Numbered from the whole stretch's first letter, positions 37,689-50,555 are shown. The stretch: 63,478 bases of DNA, filler included, from Octopus bimaculoides (GCF_001194135.2; 8 parts of 7 records of this genome joined end to end with filler, not necessarily neighbours in it); one strand, 5' to 3'. The notes: generated by a model from the sequence alone, not told the origin. Numbers and translations: made by a program.

Positions 37689-38241
37689 TATATATACATA
37701 TATATGTATGACACATACTGATTGTGTGCGCGCGTGTGTGATACCGTACGTGATATTTTCATGGCTGACGTCTGTGTAGTATCGTTGTGTAGAGAAGTAT
37801 GTAGTGCCATGCGTGTATGTGTGTGTATTTGTATGCGTGTTCCTCATATGTACGTTTGAATGACTATAAATGTGCGTATGTGTATGTGCGTGCGTGTGTG
37901 TGTGTGCGCGCGTGTGTGTGTGCGCGCGTGTGTGCGTGTGTATTCCCAGCTGCCAATAAAGAATGTGGGTGTTGTTAAGCCAGTCGTCGTCGACTGTGAT
38001 GGACCACACCTGTCCACTTATTGTCTGAGCTGTCCATTCTCATCAACGGTAGGTGTGACAAGAAAATTGACCAGAGACAGGTTGAGTGGAGATGGATGGG
38101 GAACGGAGGAGGAAGAGGAGGGGAATGGACGATAAGACTGCGGTGAGGGAGGACAAGCGATGCTCGCAGACGACACACACACACACTCTCGTATGCGAAG
38201 AAGAAACTTATTTAGTTGAGAGACTAATGGCTAATGGCTAA

Positions 38242-38360
<119 letters not shown>

Positions 38361-38821
38361 ATATATATATATATATATATACACACACATACATACATAC
38401 ACACACACACATATAGAGAGAAAATATCGTCCTGTGTGTGTATATGTGTTTGTATTAAAGATGGTGTGAAAGAGGAGAAATAAATAATGGAAGGTAGTGT
38501 GTAAGAGACGGGAGAGAGAGGGTGGAGGAGAGAAACAGAGAGCATATAAAGCAAATTCCACTGTGTAGAGCGTTCGTATATGTTAATACGCAGCAGCTCA
38601 CATTTTTGACGTGTTTTAGTAAATACGTTTGAATGTTTATGTGTGTGTGTGTGTGTGTACACTTATACACATGCACATATATAGTACATATATACTACAC
38701 ACACGTTAACGAACGCGATTATGATCAATTTTTTTTTGGGGGGGGGCATCTTTCATATACAATTAATTCTTTAATAGTTAGCCCTTGTCTTATCGTCAGA
38801 ATGAAATGATGATAATAATTG

Positions 38822-38971
38822 TTTGTAATTTCAGTACAAGGCTAGCTGTGATTTTAGGCGAGTAAATTCATACCATTAGTCCCAGTACTTTGACTTGTAC
38901 TCTAGTTTATCAGTTTCGAAAGGACGAGAGGCAAGGTTGATCTTGGGAGACGTTTGAATTCAGAAAGTAAA
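38822..38971 (-). mobile_element. Degraded SINE family C
   Basis: GAAAGGACGAGAGGCAAGGTTGATCTTGG...TTTGAATTCAGAA. Confidence 0.6.
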
Positions 38972-39109
38972 GATTCGCAACAAGCATAATTCTCATTCAT
39001 TGTAAATTGCAAAAGAGTATGGTTATAGAAACTGACAACATCGTCAACACCGGATTTGAAAAATTATTCAACGTTCAACTCTTGCTAGAGTTTATGATTA
39101 TATATTACA

Positions 39110-39289
39110 TAGGTGCAGGAGTGGCTGTGTAGTAAGTAACTTGCTTACCAACCACTTGGTTCCGGTTCAGTCTCACTGCGTGGCACCGTGGGCAAGTGTA
39201 TTTTACTACAGCCTCGAGCCGACCAAAGCCTTGTGAGTGGATTTGGTTGGCAGAAACTGAAAGAAGTCCGTTGTATATATATATATATA

Positions 39290-39323
<34 letters not shown>

Positions 39324-39526
39324 TGTGTGTGCCCCACCCCAACATCCCTTGACAACCAATGCTTGTGTGTTTACGTCCCCGTAACGTAGCGCTTCGGCAA
39401 AAAGAGACCGATAGAATATGTATTAGGCTTACAAAGAATAAGTCCTGGGGTCGATTTGTTCGACTAAAGGCAGTGCTCCAGCATAGCCGCAGTCAAACGA
39501 CTTAAACAAGTAAAAGAGTAAAAAAG
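39110..39526 (+). mobile_element. Full-length SINE family A
   Basis: Complete head, internal (TA)(TG) tract and tail. Confidence 0.92.
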
Positions 39527-39578
39527 ATGTAGTATCCATCTTAAATTTTTTGTTTGTATTTTGCTATCGTTCATAATT

Positions 39579-39800
39579 GGAGGCGCGTGGCTCAGTGGTT
39601 AGGGGTGTTAGACTCGTGGTCGTAAGATTGTGGTTTCCATTCCTGGACCGGGCGACGCGTTGTGTTCTTGAGCAAAACACTTTATTTCATCTTGCCTCAG
39701 TCCACTGAGCTGGCAAAAATGACTAATCCTGTGGGGAATTTATACGCCACGGAAACCGGAAAGCCGGCACTAATGAGCCTGGCATGGCTCAAGAAACAAT
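39579..39800 (+). mobile_element. SINE family B, body type 2
   Basis: GGAGGCGCGTGGCTCAGTGGTTAGG tRNA-like head, CORE-like domain, then CGCCACGGAAACCGGAAAGCCGG. Confidence 0.82.
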
Positions 39801-40301
39801 CATTTATGATTTTTTTTAATCATTCATATTTATTCTTCCAATCTTTTTTTTTTTTTGTCTATAATTTTGTATAAAACAGTTTTTTTTTCTTATCGACTAA
39901 CGTTTTTCTCCTTAATTTTATTGAGTTTTCTCTGTTTCAATAAGCTGTAATATAATGTAAGCTGTAATTGTTACAAATGCAAAGTCAACCGACGAGAAAG
40001 CGCTTCCATTGCTCGCGAATAAACGCGATATTAGTTCCATTTCTTCATTCTGGTGATAAAAGTCTAGATTCTAGACTAGAAAATTAAAATATCAACATAC
40101 AATTTGGATCTAGGAGAGCTATTGTTCTGAAATAAACAGAGTAGATTAAGGAAATTGTGAAAAATGTCTTTAGATAAAATTCGAACTCGCACATAGTCAT
40201 CTCTTTAATGATAAACTGTTTGGTATGGGGCTAAAACAAATCATTAAAATATTGTAGATCAAATAAAAATAACACTCTCATAGGTTACGGACTGAAAACA
40301 A

Positions 40302-40329
40302 TACCTCCGCCTTCGCGAAGGCGGAGGTA
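40302..40329. repeat. Perfect 28-bp palindrome, Helentron/HINE-like terminus
   Basis: TACCTCCGCCTTCG|CGAAGGCGGAGGTA; minus strand reads TTATTACCTCCGCC...GGAGGTATTGTTTTC. Confidence 0.5.
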
Positions 40330-40440
40330 ATAAGAAAAGAAGAAAGAAACTGAGAATTGTTATGAAACCATTAATGCAAGCAAAATACAAACCAAAAACT
40401 AAACTAGAAACATCACACGTAAAATAAATCATGAAAAAAG

Positions 40441-40935
<495 letters not shown>

Positions 40936-41401
40936 AAGAAATCTAACCCAGGTGAACCACTGTACGATTCTATAATTTCTAAGTTCAACGTTCGAGGTTT
41001 TAACAGTTATAACAACAGTATTTCTACGCCCCTTTCTAACATACTGTAAAGAGCGAGAATAAAACGCCAATATAACTATCCTTTCACTGTGATGATAAGA
41101 CCGAGAAAGTTTTGAAAATTTAATGACCTATTGATTTTTTGAACGCAATCATTACTACGAAAACATTGACCCACTTGTAAAAGTAGCTTAATCTTCCTTA
41201 AAACACACCATTTCACATTAAAAAATGTTGCTTTTAGATTTGAAGCATCCATAGGCGTTTCTGTATACTAATTGCTTTAATAACCCCATGTTGTTGGAGT
41301 TTTTCAGCTCCTTTTATTACACTATGTGATACTCGACCATATTAGCATTTCGTATGTAGAACCCCTTGGTACTTCTTCCAGCTATTGTTAATATTCGTTA
41401 T

Positions 41402-41645
41402 CAGTGGTTCTAAACCAATTTTTTTTTACCAATGGACGCTTTTGATTCCAGTTGTAGGTGGGTTAGTCATCATAGCCATTCCATGTTTTAAAAAAATCCT
41501 TTAATATATTCTTATAATTACATACTATTGCGATTTGTATAAGAAAATGGGTAAAATATTTTGTGTTTGTAGAAATGTAACCAATTTATTGCAGATAAAG
41601 TTTAACAACGAAATCTTAAATGGACTCCCCAGCTGAGAACCACTG
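41402..41645. mobile_element. hAT-type MITE with 8-bp TSD
   Basis: TIR CAGTGGTTCT... / ...AGAACCACTG; flanks TTCGTTAT (41394-41401) and TTCGTAAT (41646-41653), 7/8 identical. Confidence 0.88.
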
Positions 41646-41889
41646 TTCGTAATCATTGTCTCTGATTTTAAAGTCTTGCTGAGTAGAATCTAGTTCACTG
41701 ACGAGGTCTACGGAAAGCAAAACCGTAGCTGTTGCTAAAGCTATTCTAGTGACGAGAACAAGATCCTTAGTGAGTATGCACACAAACACACATCCAGCCA
41801 TATATGTATTTGCATATATTTACGTATATGCGTATATATGTCTGTGTGTACATACATATTTATACGTTTATGGCTGTGTATGTATATAT

Positions 41890-42083
41890 GTAGTGGTTAG
41901 GGTGTTTGGCTCATGGTTGTAAGATTGTGGATTCGATTCCTGGATCGGGTAACACGTTGTGTTCTTGAGCAAACCCCTTCATTTCACGTTGCTCCAGTCC
42001 ACTCAACTGGCAAAAATGAGTAACCCTGCGATGGAACACATACGCTGGGGAACACATACGCCATTGAAACCGGGAAACCGGCA
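41890..42083 (+). mobile_element. SINE family B, body type 2
   Basis: Collinear with 39579-39800. Confidence 0.8.
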
Positions 42084-42089
42084 GGGACA

Positions 42090-42400
42090 TATGATTTGAC
42101 AGGCACAGGGAGGAATATAGATGTTGCACGGATGATAGTCGAACCATAAAAGAAAGATTTGACTTGGCCGAACACGGTCCCGTGGAGAGAGAAGAGAGAG
42201 ATGTAGAGGCAGAAGGATAGAAGAATTAAGGAGGGGCGAGGAAAAAAATGAAAGGGACAGAGTACAGACGTGTGCACACAGAAATATGTATGTATATCTC
42301 TTCTGTTTTTTAATTATTATAAATCTTCGACTGAGGAGGGAGCCGGTTTCCAACAAAGAAACAAGTCTCCATCTTTGGGATGTTGTTAGCACAGGCAAAT
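42090..42400. repeat. Unclassified dispersed repeat (second copy at about 59550-59733)
   Basis: GATTT.ACAGGCACAGGGAG.AAT...GATGTTGCACG...GGAGGGGCGAG.AAAAAATGA.AGGGACA shared by both copies. Confidence 0.7.
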
Positions 42401-42681
42401 TCACATTTGGAACTTGAGAAAAGTCTTGCATATCTTTACTGTTCCACTCACAGACTGCACTTGTAATGTACGAATCAGCCAGTCAGTTTCTCTTTCTGAA
42501 AATCCTAGTTTACCCAGATTCTCCTTTAAGAATGCATATATGTATGTTGGTAGGCAGGTAGGCAGACAGGCAGGTATATATGTATTCCAGCGCCGAAATC
42601 GTAATGGATTTGAGACTAACACAACAAGAGATACTGTGAGGTTTGTTTTTCTTTTCGTTAATTTTTATCCATGTTGTCTAA

Positions 42682-42870
42682 CTTTACTTGTTTCAGTCAA
42701 TTGACTGCGGCCATGCTGGGGCACCGTATTGAAAGGTCTAGTCGAATAAATCGAACCCAGCACTTATTTGTTTAAGCCTTGTACGTATTCTATCGGTGTC
42801 TTTTGCCGAACAGCTACCTCACTCGGATACAAACAAACTAACTACGGCTGCCAAGCATTGGTGGGGTACA
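42682..42870 (-). mobile_element. SINE family A 3' half
   Basis: CTTGTTTCAGTCAATTGACTGCGGCCATGCTGG...TCTTTTGCCGAAC. Confidence 0.8.
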
Positions 42871-42927
42871 AAGACACACACACGTAAATGTATACGTACA
42901 TACTATACACACACGCACACAGACATG

Positions 42928-42968
<41 letters not shown>

Positions 42969-43257
42969 TCGCACACATAAGCGAAAGGCTGAGGCAAAAA
43001 ACAGGAAGGGGAAGCGAAAACGTTGAAGAGAGAAGTGATGTATATGATGTACGAAACTGAGACACTCCTCTACCCACTTACCCTTCCCCCCTCCCCGCCA
43101 TAACACATAGAGCCTGCATCATAGCTATCCTAGCAACAACAACCATAGCAACAGTGACATCCTCATCTTTCACTCACAAAAATTATTTGGTAGAAAGTAG
43201 AAGATAATAAATGAGGAACGAACATTCTTTCTGGATGTTGTCTTTGCTGGTAACAGC

Positions 43258-43688
43258 CGTGGTGGTGGTGGTGGTGGTGGTGGTGGTGTTGGTGTTGTGT
43301 AGTGGGGGTGGCGTATCATTAGTGGTGTTGTTGTGGTGTAGTAGCTGTGTTGTAGTTTAGGGATTGCGGCTGTGGTGGTAGTAGTGGTGGTGTGTTGCTG
43401 TGGTAACAGGTGGTGAGAAAATGTGGCAGTGAAGTTGTAGCTAACCTCAGTTGTTTGTGATTATGCCGCCACCACCATCATCCCCATCACCACCATCACC
43501 ACCAACAACAACAACAACGTCACCACAAGACAACCACATTCACCACTACCACCATTACTAACACCACCACCACCGCCACCACTCTATTATCTCTACAATT
43601 ACTTCTGCCGTAACTACCACTAATATACTACTACTACTACTACAACTACTACTAAAACCATTACTACTACTACTACCACCACCACCAT

Positions 43689-43726
<38 letters not shown>

Positions 43727-44145
43727 AAAAACTCCTTCAGCCCCGGACTTCCTCATAATCATCAACGATGTTCGAAGTATATTCGGATATTAGCAGGTGG
43801 GTGGTAGTGGCGGTGGTGGTGGTGGTGGTAGCTGCGATAGGAGTGTAGGTTGTGATGATGATGATGATGATGATGAGGGGGGAAGAGGAGGAGGAATGTG
43901 ATGGAGTGAGGGTAGTGGCGGTGCTGTATGTGATAATGGTGACGATTGAGGGGTTGTTTGGCGGTGGGGGGTTGGGAGGTGAGAGTAGGTGACAGTAGCA
44001 ATGGCGGTGGTGTGATGGTGCGGATGACAGTGGTAGTCGTCGTGATAACGGTGAGAGTGGTGGTGGTGGTGGTGGTGGCAGAGGTAGTGGTGATAATGGT
44101 GATGACACTAATGTAGGAGGTGGTGGTGGTGGTGGAGGTGGGGAT
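43258..44145. repeat. Compound (GGT)n/(ACC)n/(ACT)n/(GAT)n trinucleotide repeat region
   Basis: Direct inspection. Confidence 0.85.
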
Positions 44146-44594
44146 GAGAAACGAAGTAAATAAAGCGTAAACGGGTGCGCAGGAGCTGAGCTCTGGGTAC
44201 ACACATGTGTGGAGGAGAGAGGATGGTGGTTGACGAAGGAAAGTCACAAGCCCCAAGCCTTCCCTTGCCACACTCTATGTCTCACAGTGGGGACTCTGTA
44301 AGGCGTGTGTGTGGGGGGAGAGATGACTACTACGAGTAATAGTAGTAGTAGTAGGGGTCGGGTGTAGAGGTGTTACGGGTGGTATGTTGGTACTGATGTG
44401 TGTTTGGGTGTGGTGGCTTACAAATGTGCGAAAGAAAGAAAGAAAGAGAGAGAGGGAGGGAGGGAGGGAGAGTGGGGGAATGGGGACACTGAGGGTAAGA
44501 CGGAAAGCAGGAGATAGGTTCATCTCATCCATTTCTTCCATCCCGCTTCTTGTACACCCTCCACCACCACTGTCTCATCCAAGCAGCAGACACT

Positions 44595-44649
<55 letters not shown>

Positions 44650-44790
44650 TGAGTGAGTGAATGTGTGTATGTGTTTGTGTGTGTCTGTGTGTGTATTCTT
44701 TCAAAGTTACTGATTGATCCAGTTGCTACTCGGAGTTTCTCACTTTTGTACGTTACTACAGATGACAGCTAAATTAATGAAAGCACACAT

Positions 44791-44824
<34 letters not shown>

Positions 44825-45150
44825 CCTGTCTCTCTCTCTATCCCCTTGTCTCTCTTTCAGTCTCTCTCTCTCTCTCAAATGCATAGTGGTACACAGACGT
44901 ATTTTAGTTCATGTGAGCGAGAATGTCATCACTGTTGAGTGCGCAACAACTCAACAAGTGGTCGATACTATGACTTCATTCCTATACGAACGGAACCCAC
45001 GGAAAGAATGGAAGATTTCAATTGTACAAACATGAAGACAATACGAAATGCTACTAATTTGCTTTATGAGTCGTTTAGATGTTTCAATGGTTACCTCGTC
45101 AGTGGTGTTTACTAAACGGCTACATACATACATATCTATCTATCTATCTA

Positions 45151-45203
<53 letters not shown>

Positions 45204-45807
45204 ATTAGGCTCACAATATATATCAGTTATTGAAATAACAAGGGAGCTGGCATATAAGAAATGGACGAACAACGAAGTAGATACTTTATATATCACCGAA
45301 ATATGACAAAGGTTTTTTAAAAGGTAGTGAAAAATATCTTCTCTGTGCTCGACTGGAATAACTTGATAAATTACATAATTACATACCCGAAGCTTATATA
45401 TAAACAGTAAACAAGTGCTGTTAGCCAAATGTACCTTTGATTGCTTGAAGTACGTTTGGACATCGTTTGTCGTCTTCATTCTGTCTTTTGTGTATTGTGA
45501 ATGTGACGGTGGTGGAAGAAATTTCTGATATTTTCGTCTTCTACGAATATAAGATTTGATGTTGAGCTTGTTACGGGATCGGATTTCTCTGTGTATTAAA
45601 TGATGTTAAAGAAGTGTGAGAGGGAGAAAAAGAGAGAGGCGTATACACGAACATGGCAAGATGCTCTCAGAGAGAGAGAGAGAGGGGGAGAGGTGAGGGT
45701 GTGTGAATGTGATTCCATAAACGGATGAGATTATCTGTTGTGTAAAGGTGTCAGAAGGTCATATAAGCATAGGCTGAGAAAGGTAGGTGAATGGATGCAG
45801 CACTGAG

Positions 45808-46175
45808 GTCGTCGTCGGCTCCAACTCGTATCCGAGCATTGAGTTCATCAATTTCCATCCAGTCTCCTCGGCTGATGTTTGTGCCGAAAGTGACTTTGGA
45901 GCCGAAGTCGGTGGTGAAAGAGTCGTGGGCAGAATTCGCAAAGGATGGTCGGTGCAGGTCGAGGATGTTGAAGACCCTCCTTTCTTCTGCATTTTACCTC
46001 CTCGTTCTGTTGTCTGTTCTGCTCGAAGGAACTGGCTCCATTGCGGATAGCAGTCCTCCAGGCTGTCCTATCCATGGCAATTTGTTCCCATGAGGATGGC
46101 TGGATGTTAGCTTGAGCCAAGGTTCGCTTGAGCTGGGTATTCCATACAGGAAGTGCACTTCTTGTATACTTGACA
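45808..46175 (-). mobile_element. RTE-clade LINE 3' end with zinc-finger motif and (GAC)n tail
   Basis: QLKRTLAQANIQPSSWEQIAMDRTAWRTAIRNGASSFE...CEFCPRLFHHRLRLQSHFRHKH; 3' end CTCGGATACGAGTTGGAGCCGACGACGAC. Confidence 0.88.
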
Positions 46176-46474
46176 AAGTGACAGGGAGTTTATTCGTCAG
46201 CATTTTGTCGTCTTTCATAAGATGGTGTTCGGTGCTTTCATATGAGACAAGACGCGGTAAAGAAGTCGAAATATTTTGCTGATGTCGTCGATAATTTGAA
46301 TCGTACGTTTTGATTTTTTTCCTATTTTCTGTAAAGTGGCTGAGTGAAGTTGTCATAATTCAAACTTTGAATTGGCGAAGGATGCGAGCGTTAGCGATGT
46401 CATAGAATCTCTGAGGCGCGTGGCCTATCTTCATAGGCCTATGAAGGCGTGGCCTATGAAGGCGCGTGGCCTAT

Positions 46475-46564
46475 GAAGGCGCATGGCTTGGTGGTTAGGG
46501 CATTCGGTTCACGATCGTGAGTTCAATTCTCGGCGACGCGCTGTGTCCTTGAGCAAGACACTTT
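46475..46564 (+). mobile_element. SINE family B head (runs into gap)
   Basis: GAAGGCGCATGGCTTGGTGGTTAGGGCATTCGG...GAGTTCAATTCTCGGCGACGCGCTGTGTCCTTGAGCAAGACACTTT. Confidence 0.85.
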
Positions 46565-46789
46565 NNNNNNNNNNNNNNNNNNNNNNNNNNNNNNNNNNNN
46601 NNNNNNNNNNNNNNNNNNNNNNNNNNNNNNNNNNNNNNNNNNNNNNNNNNNNNNNNNNNNNNNNATATATATATATACACGTTATATCATACTTTCTGTC
46701 CACCAAATTTACTCCATATTCATTTCCTACGTGAGTGTGTATATGTGGGTGTATATATGTGTGTGTATGCAATTATGTATATAGTACAC

Positions 46790-47000
46790 ACGACATGGGC
46801 GAATAGGGAATCTCAATGCTCGACCTGCTAGAAATAGCACACAAGTACAGTCTCCGCCCCTTCCTCCCCCACGTTCCCTGTATACACCCTTCCGTTTCCA
46901 AATAGGACACAGGAAAATAGACAAAATGTATAATGTAGTTTTAACTACGCTTAAAAGATGGGACGGTCACGGTCGGAATGCCTTTGATGCTAGGGCTTCT
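46790..47000 (-). repeat. Dispersed repeat family D fragment
   Basis: AGATGGGACGGTCACGG..GGAATGCCTTTGAT is the reverse complement of the motif at about 25940-25968. Confidence 0.6.
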
Positions 47001-47295
47001 TAACAGCAACATGCAGGTGTGTGTATACAGGTGCGTATTAATTACATCGTTAAAGCTGTCAAGGAAAGAAGTGGATGAAAGAGAGACAGCCAGAGAGACA
47101 GAGGAGAAGCAAATTAGAGGAGGGGCTGGTCGCGGTGGGAGCGGACGATGACAGGATCACGGAAAATAAATGAAATTCCACTTTGGATGAACTCTACAAA
47201 TGATTTAAGGAGATCAAAGAGTCGCAGGTTCGAATCGAACAATTGCCCAGTGATTGAATTGATTCATTGGACTGAGGCCACGCAGTGTGTGTGTG

Positions 47296-47552
47296 TGTGT
47301 GCGGTAAGTAGCTTGCTTCCCAACCGCATGGCTCCAGGTTCAGTCCCGCTGTGTGGCACCTTGAGCAAGTGTCTTCTACTACAGCCTCGGGCCGACCAAA
47401 GCCTTGTGAGTGGATTTGGTAGATGGAAATTAAAAGAAGCCCCAGTCGTATATGTGCGTGTGTGTGTATGTGTGTTTGTGCGTCTGTGTCTGTCCCCCCA
47501 CCATCTCTTGACAACCGATGTTGGTGTGTTTACGTCCCCGTAACTTAGTGGC
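47296..47552 (+). mobile_element. SINE family A (3' end lost in gap)
   Basis: GGTAAGTAGCTTGCTTCCCAACCGCATGG...GGTTCAGTCCCGC... Confidence 0.88.
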
Positions 47553-48733
47553 NNNNNNNNNNNNNNNNNNNNNNNNNNNNNNNNNNNNNNNNNNNNTTAA
47601 TTAATTAANNNNNNNNNNNNNNNNNNNNNNNNNNNNNNNNNNNNNNNNNNNNTATATATATATATATGATATATATATGTGTGTGTGTGTGTGTATACGC
47701 TTCTTGTGTAACCGAGTACTTTCTGTGGGGGTGTATCTGTGTGTCTATGTGCGTACGTACGTGTGCATGAATAAAAATTAATATGATGTTTTTCTTTATT
47801 TTCCCTCCTTTTGTTGTGTAATTCTATGAACGTGTTTTCCTTTTTCTAGATATCTTTACTGAAGAAATGGGCGGACTAGAACATGCGTTGACGAGAACGG
47901 TAGCATAACGAAAAGACAATGACACCTTGTATTTATTTACAAACGGAATAGGAAGTTCATCTGAATGGGGAACGTGTCTGGTTGGGCCGTATTATTTATC
48001 ATAATGAGACTACTATTAGTTTACATACAATAGCTGTGCGGGCAGTGATCTTTGCTTTGAATCTGGTGTTGTTGGAGGCGGTGATGGTTTTAATGGTGTT
48101 AATGGTGGTGATGGTTATGAGACTAACGACGGCGGCTGCGATGATGGTAAAGATTGTGGCGCGTATTATGTGTGAGACTCATTGGAGGAAATGATTCACT
48201 CTTTCAAATTCACCAAGCATATCTATCATCACTTACTCTTCCCCCTCTCTCTCTGTCTCACTTTCTCTCTGTCTCTTTCTCTCTATGTTCGTTCTTTTAC
48301 TAGTCCCACCACCACCTCAGCTGTCTCCTCATCTATCTTTATCCATTTATCTATTTCTATTATTTTTTGGTTTTCTTTTCTTCTGCCTCTTCTTCTCCGT
48401 ACATTTCTTACTGTCTTTGTCTTCTGCCTTCTTTCCTCACCACGACTCTCATTTTCTTTTCTCTCTCTCTCTCTCATTTATGTATACTTAACATGTTTTT
48501 CATCACCCTATTTCCTGCATCTCCTGTTTTTTTGTGTCGTACTTCCTTTTTCTCTGAGCTTTCGCATAGTTTCCACCTTCCAAATTTCAGCCATAAGATG
48601 TTGGCCAACCTGAAGATCTTGGTGCTTCGTTGGGGATTCGAACTTGGAACACGTTGTTGCGAATGAAATTTTTAATGACACTGTCATGCCTGTACCAGAT
48701 TAATTTCAATGTCAATATTACCAGTCAATATAT

Positions 48734-48932
48734 GGCGGCGAGCTGGCAGAATCGTTAGTACACCGGGCGAAACGCTTTACGTTCTGAGTTCATATTCCAT
48801 CGAGGTCGACTTTGCCTTTCATACTTTCGGGATCTATAAAATAAGTACCAGTTGAATACTGGGATCGATTTAATCGACTTAGCCCCTCCACTAAACCTAC
48901 TGGCTTTGTGCCAAAAATCGAAACCAATATTA
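48734..48932 (+). mobile_element. Near full-length SINE family C (tRNA head plus Meta-domain-like core)
   Basis: GGCGGCGAGCTGGCAGAATCGTTAG...GAGTTCATATTCC..GAGGTCGACTTTGCCTTTCAT.CTTTCGGGATCTATAAAATAAGTACCAG. Confidence 0.88.
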
Positions 48933-49241
48933 TCAATTTAAGAATATGTATTCTCTGCATCAAATTACAATGTGTGTGTGAAATGAAGAAATATGTAAAT
49001 CAATTTAATGTTACATATGTTTCGATGACCGGCCATTTATTTCATATAACATACAAGGATCATGTCATGTTGTATAATAAATTTACAGTCAGTTCGCTTC
49101 ATCAAAAACTTTCATTTCGACTTACAATCGATATAGGTCGATTTAAGATAATAAAGGACGATTGTTGATAGGGATGGACGGGCTGTTCTTCTCGGGAACG
49201 GTACACATTATAGCAATTTTCCAGAAAGGACTATATTCAAG

Positions 49242-49390
<149 letters not shown>

Positions 49391-49437
49391 CAGATAGATT
49401 CTGAAGAGTTTGGTCAGATTAGTAAGCTAACTTTCAG

Positions 49438-49523
49438 GTGTATTGTTCGAAGGCAATAAAAAGACCATAATCAGAGATGGTGGATATTTCGCTTTGATGC
49501 AACCAGAGGTGCTTCCGCGCATG
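49438..49523 (+). CDS. Candidate 86-nt internal exon (GVLFEGNKKTIIRDGGYFALMQPEVLPRM), gene unidentified
   Basis: GCTAACTTTCAG branch/acceptor, ATG|GTATGT donor, open in phase 1-0, unique sequence between microsatellites. Confidence 0.4.
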
Positions 49524-49989
49524 GTATGTACGTCTACATAATGGTGAAGACAGTATTCTTCGTGTGTAGAGCCAAAGTGTATCTGCGTGTGAACCATTTG
49601 CATTTACGACTCACATCTATTTTTGCTCTCACTCTTTAATACCATTGTTTCTCCCTATCTTTGTCCTGCTTGTATGTCTCACGCTCACCATTGCATTTAA
49701 AATGGATGTGCATATCTCTAAATAAAACGCAGTTTCCCCAAATCTCCAACGACATTATCTTCACAATTTTCACCACCTTTCTCTCCTCTCCCCTTCTCTC
49801 TCCCTCTCTACATATGTATATGTCTTTTTATTCTCCCATTCTTTCTCACTGTCTCCTGCTTTTTCGTTCATCATAAACATTTTTGTCTCTCCTTGTCCGT
49901 CTCATTATCTTAGTTTCTGATAAAGATGAAGATGATTATACAAACATACATACATACATACATACATACATACATACATACATACATAC

Positions 49990-50555
49990 AAAAGTAAATA
50001 AACTCGAAACATAGATGTCTGACATTCTCGAGAGATGGCGACACTGAACAAACTGGGTATTTTTACACCTTTTTACCATAAGAGAGATGTTTCTCTCCAC
50101 AGTAACTGCTGTGTATTTGCCTTTAACAGTTGAAATATGTGACAAACATGTTTCAACTTACCTAAATTGTGATTATACGTAAACACTACTCTGCGCCATT
50201 ACTCCGATATTTTTCTCGATCAGGCAAATCAGTCAATGCGTTATCTGAATTATATAAAAAGCTATAAGTTTTATTCAGTTCATTCAGAGTTGCCTCTCTT
50301 AGGTACATCTCATTGACAAGAGTCAATAAACTCGAAACATTGATATCTGAGTTTTTCCAAGAGAGAGTGTTTTTCCAAGAGAGAGTTTTTCCAAGAGAGA
50401 GTTTTTTCCAAGAGAGAGATTTTCCAAGAGAGTTTTACCATAAAATATTTTTATTTCTCCACAGTAACTGCAGTGTAGTTGCCTTTAGCAGTTGAAATAT
50501 GTGACAAACATATTTCAGCTAACCTAAATTGTGATTATACATAAACACCGCTTTG
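49990..50555 (+). repeat. Local direct duplication (about 335-bp period) containing the long-TIR arm and a 16-bp minisatellite
   Basis: AATAAACTCGAAACAT.GAT.TCTGA and CTCCACAGTAACTGC..TGTA.TTGCCTTTA.CAGTTGAAATATGTGACAAACAT each occur twice; TTTTTCCAAGAGAGAG-type unit about 5 times at 50352-50430. Confidence 0.8.

Noticed and set aside
45085-45115. CTGACGAGG...GAAACATC on the minus strand as a hammerhead
   Set aside because: Stem I does not pair and stem II is offset; too degenerate to call
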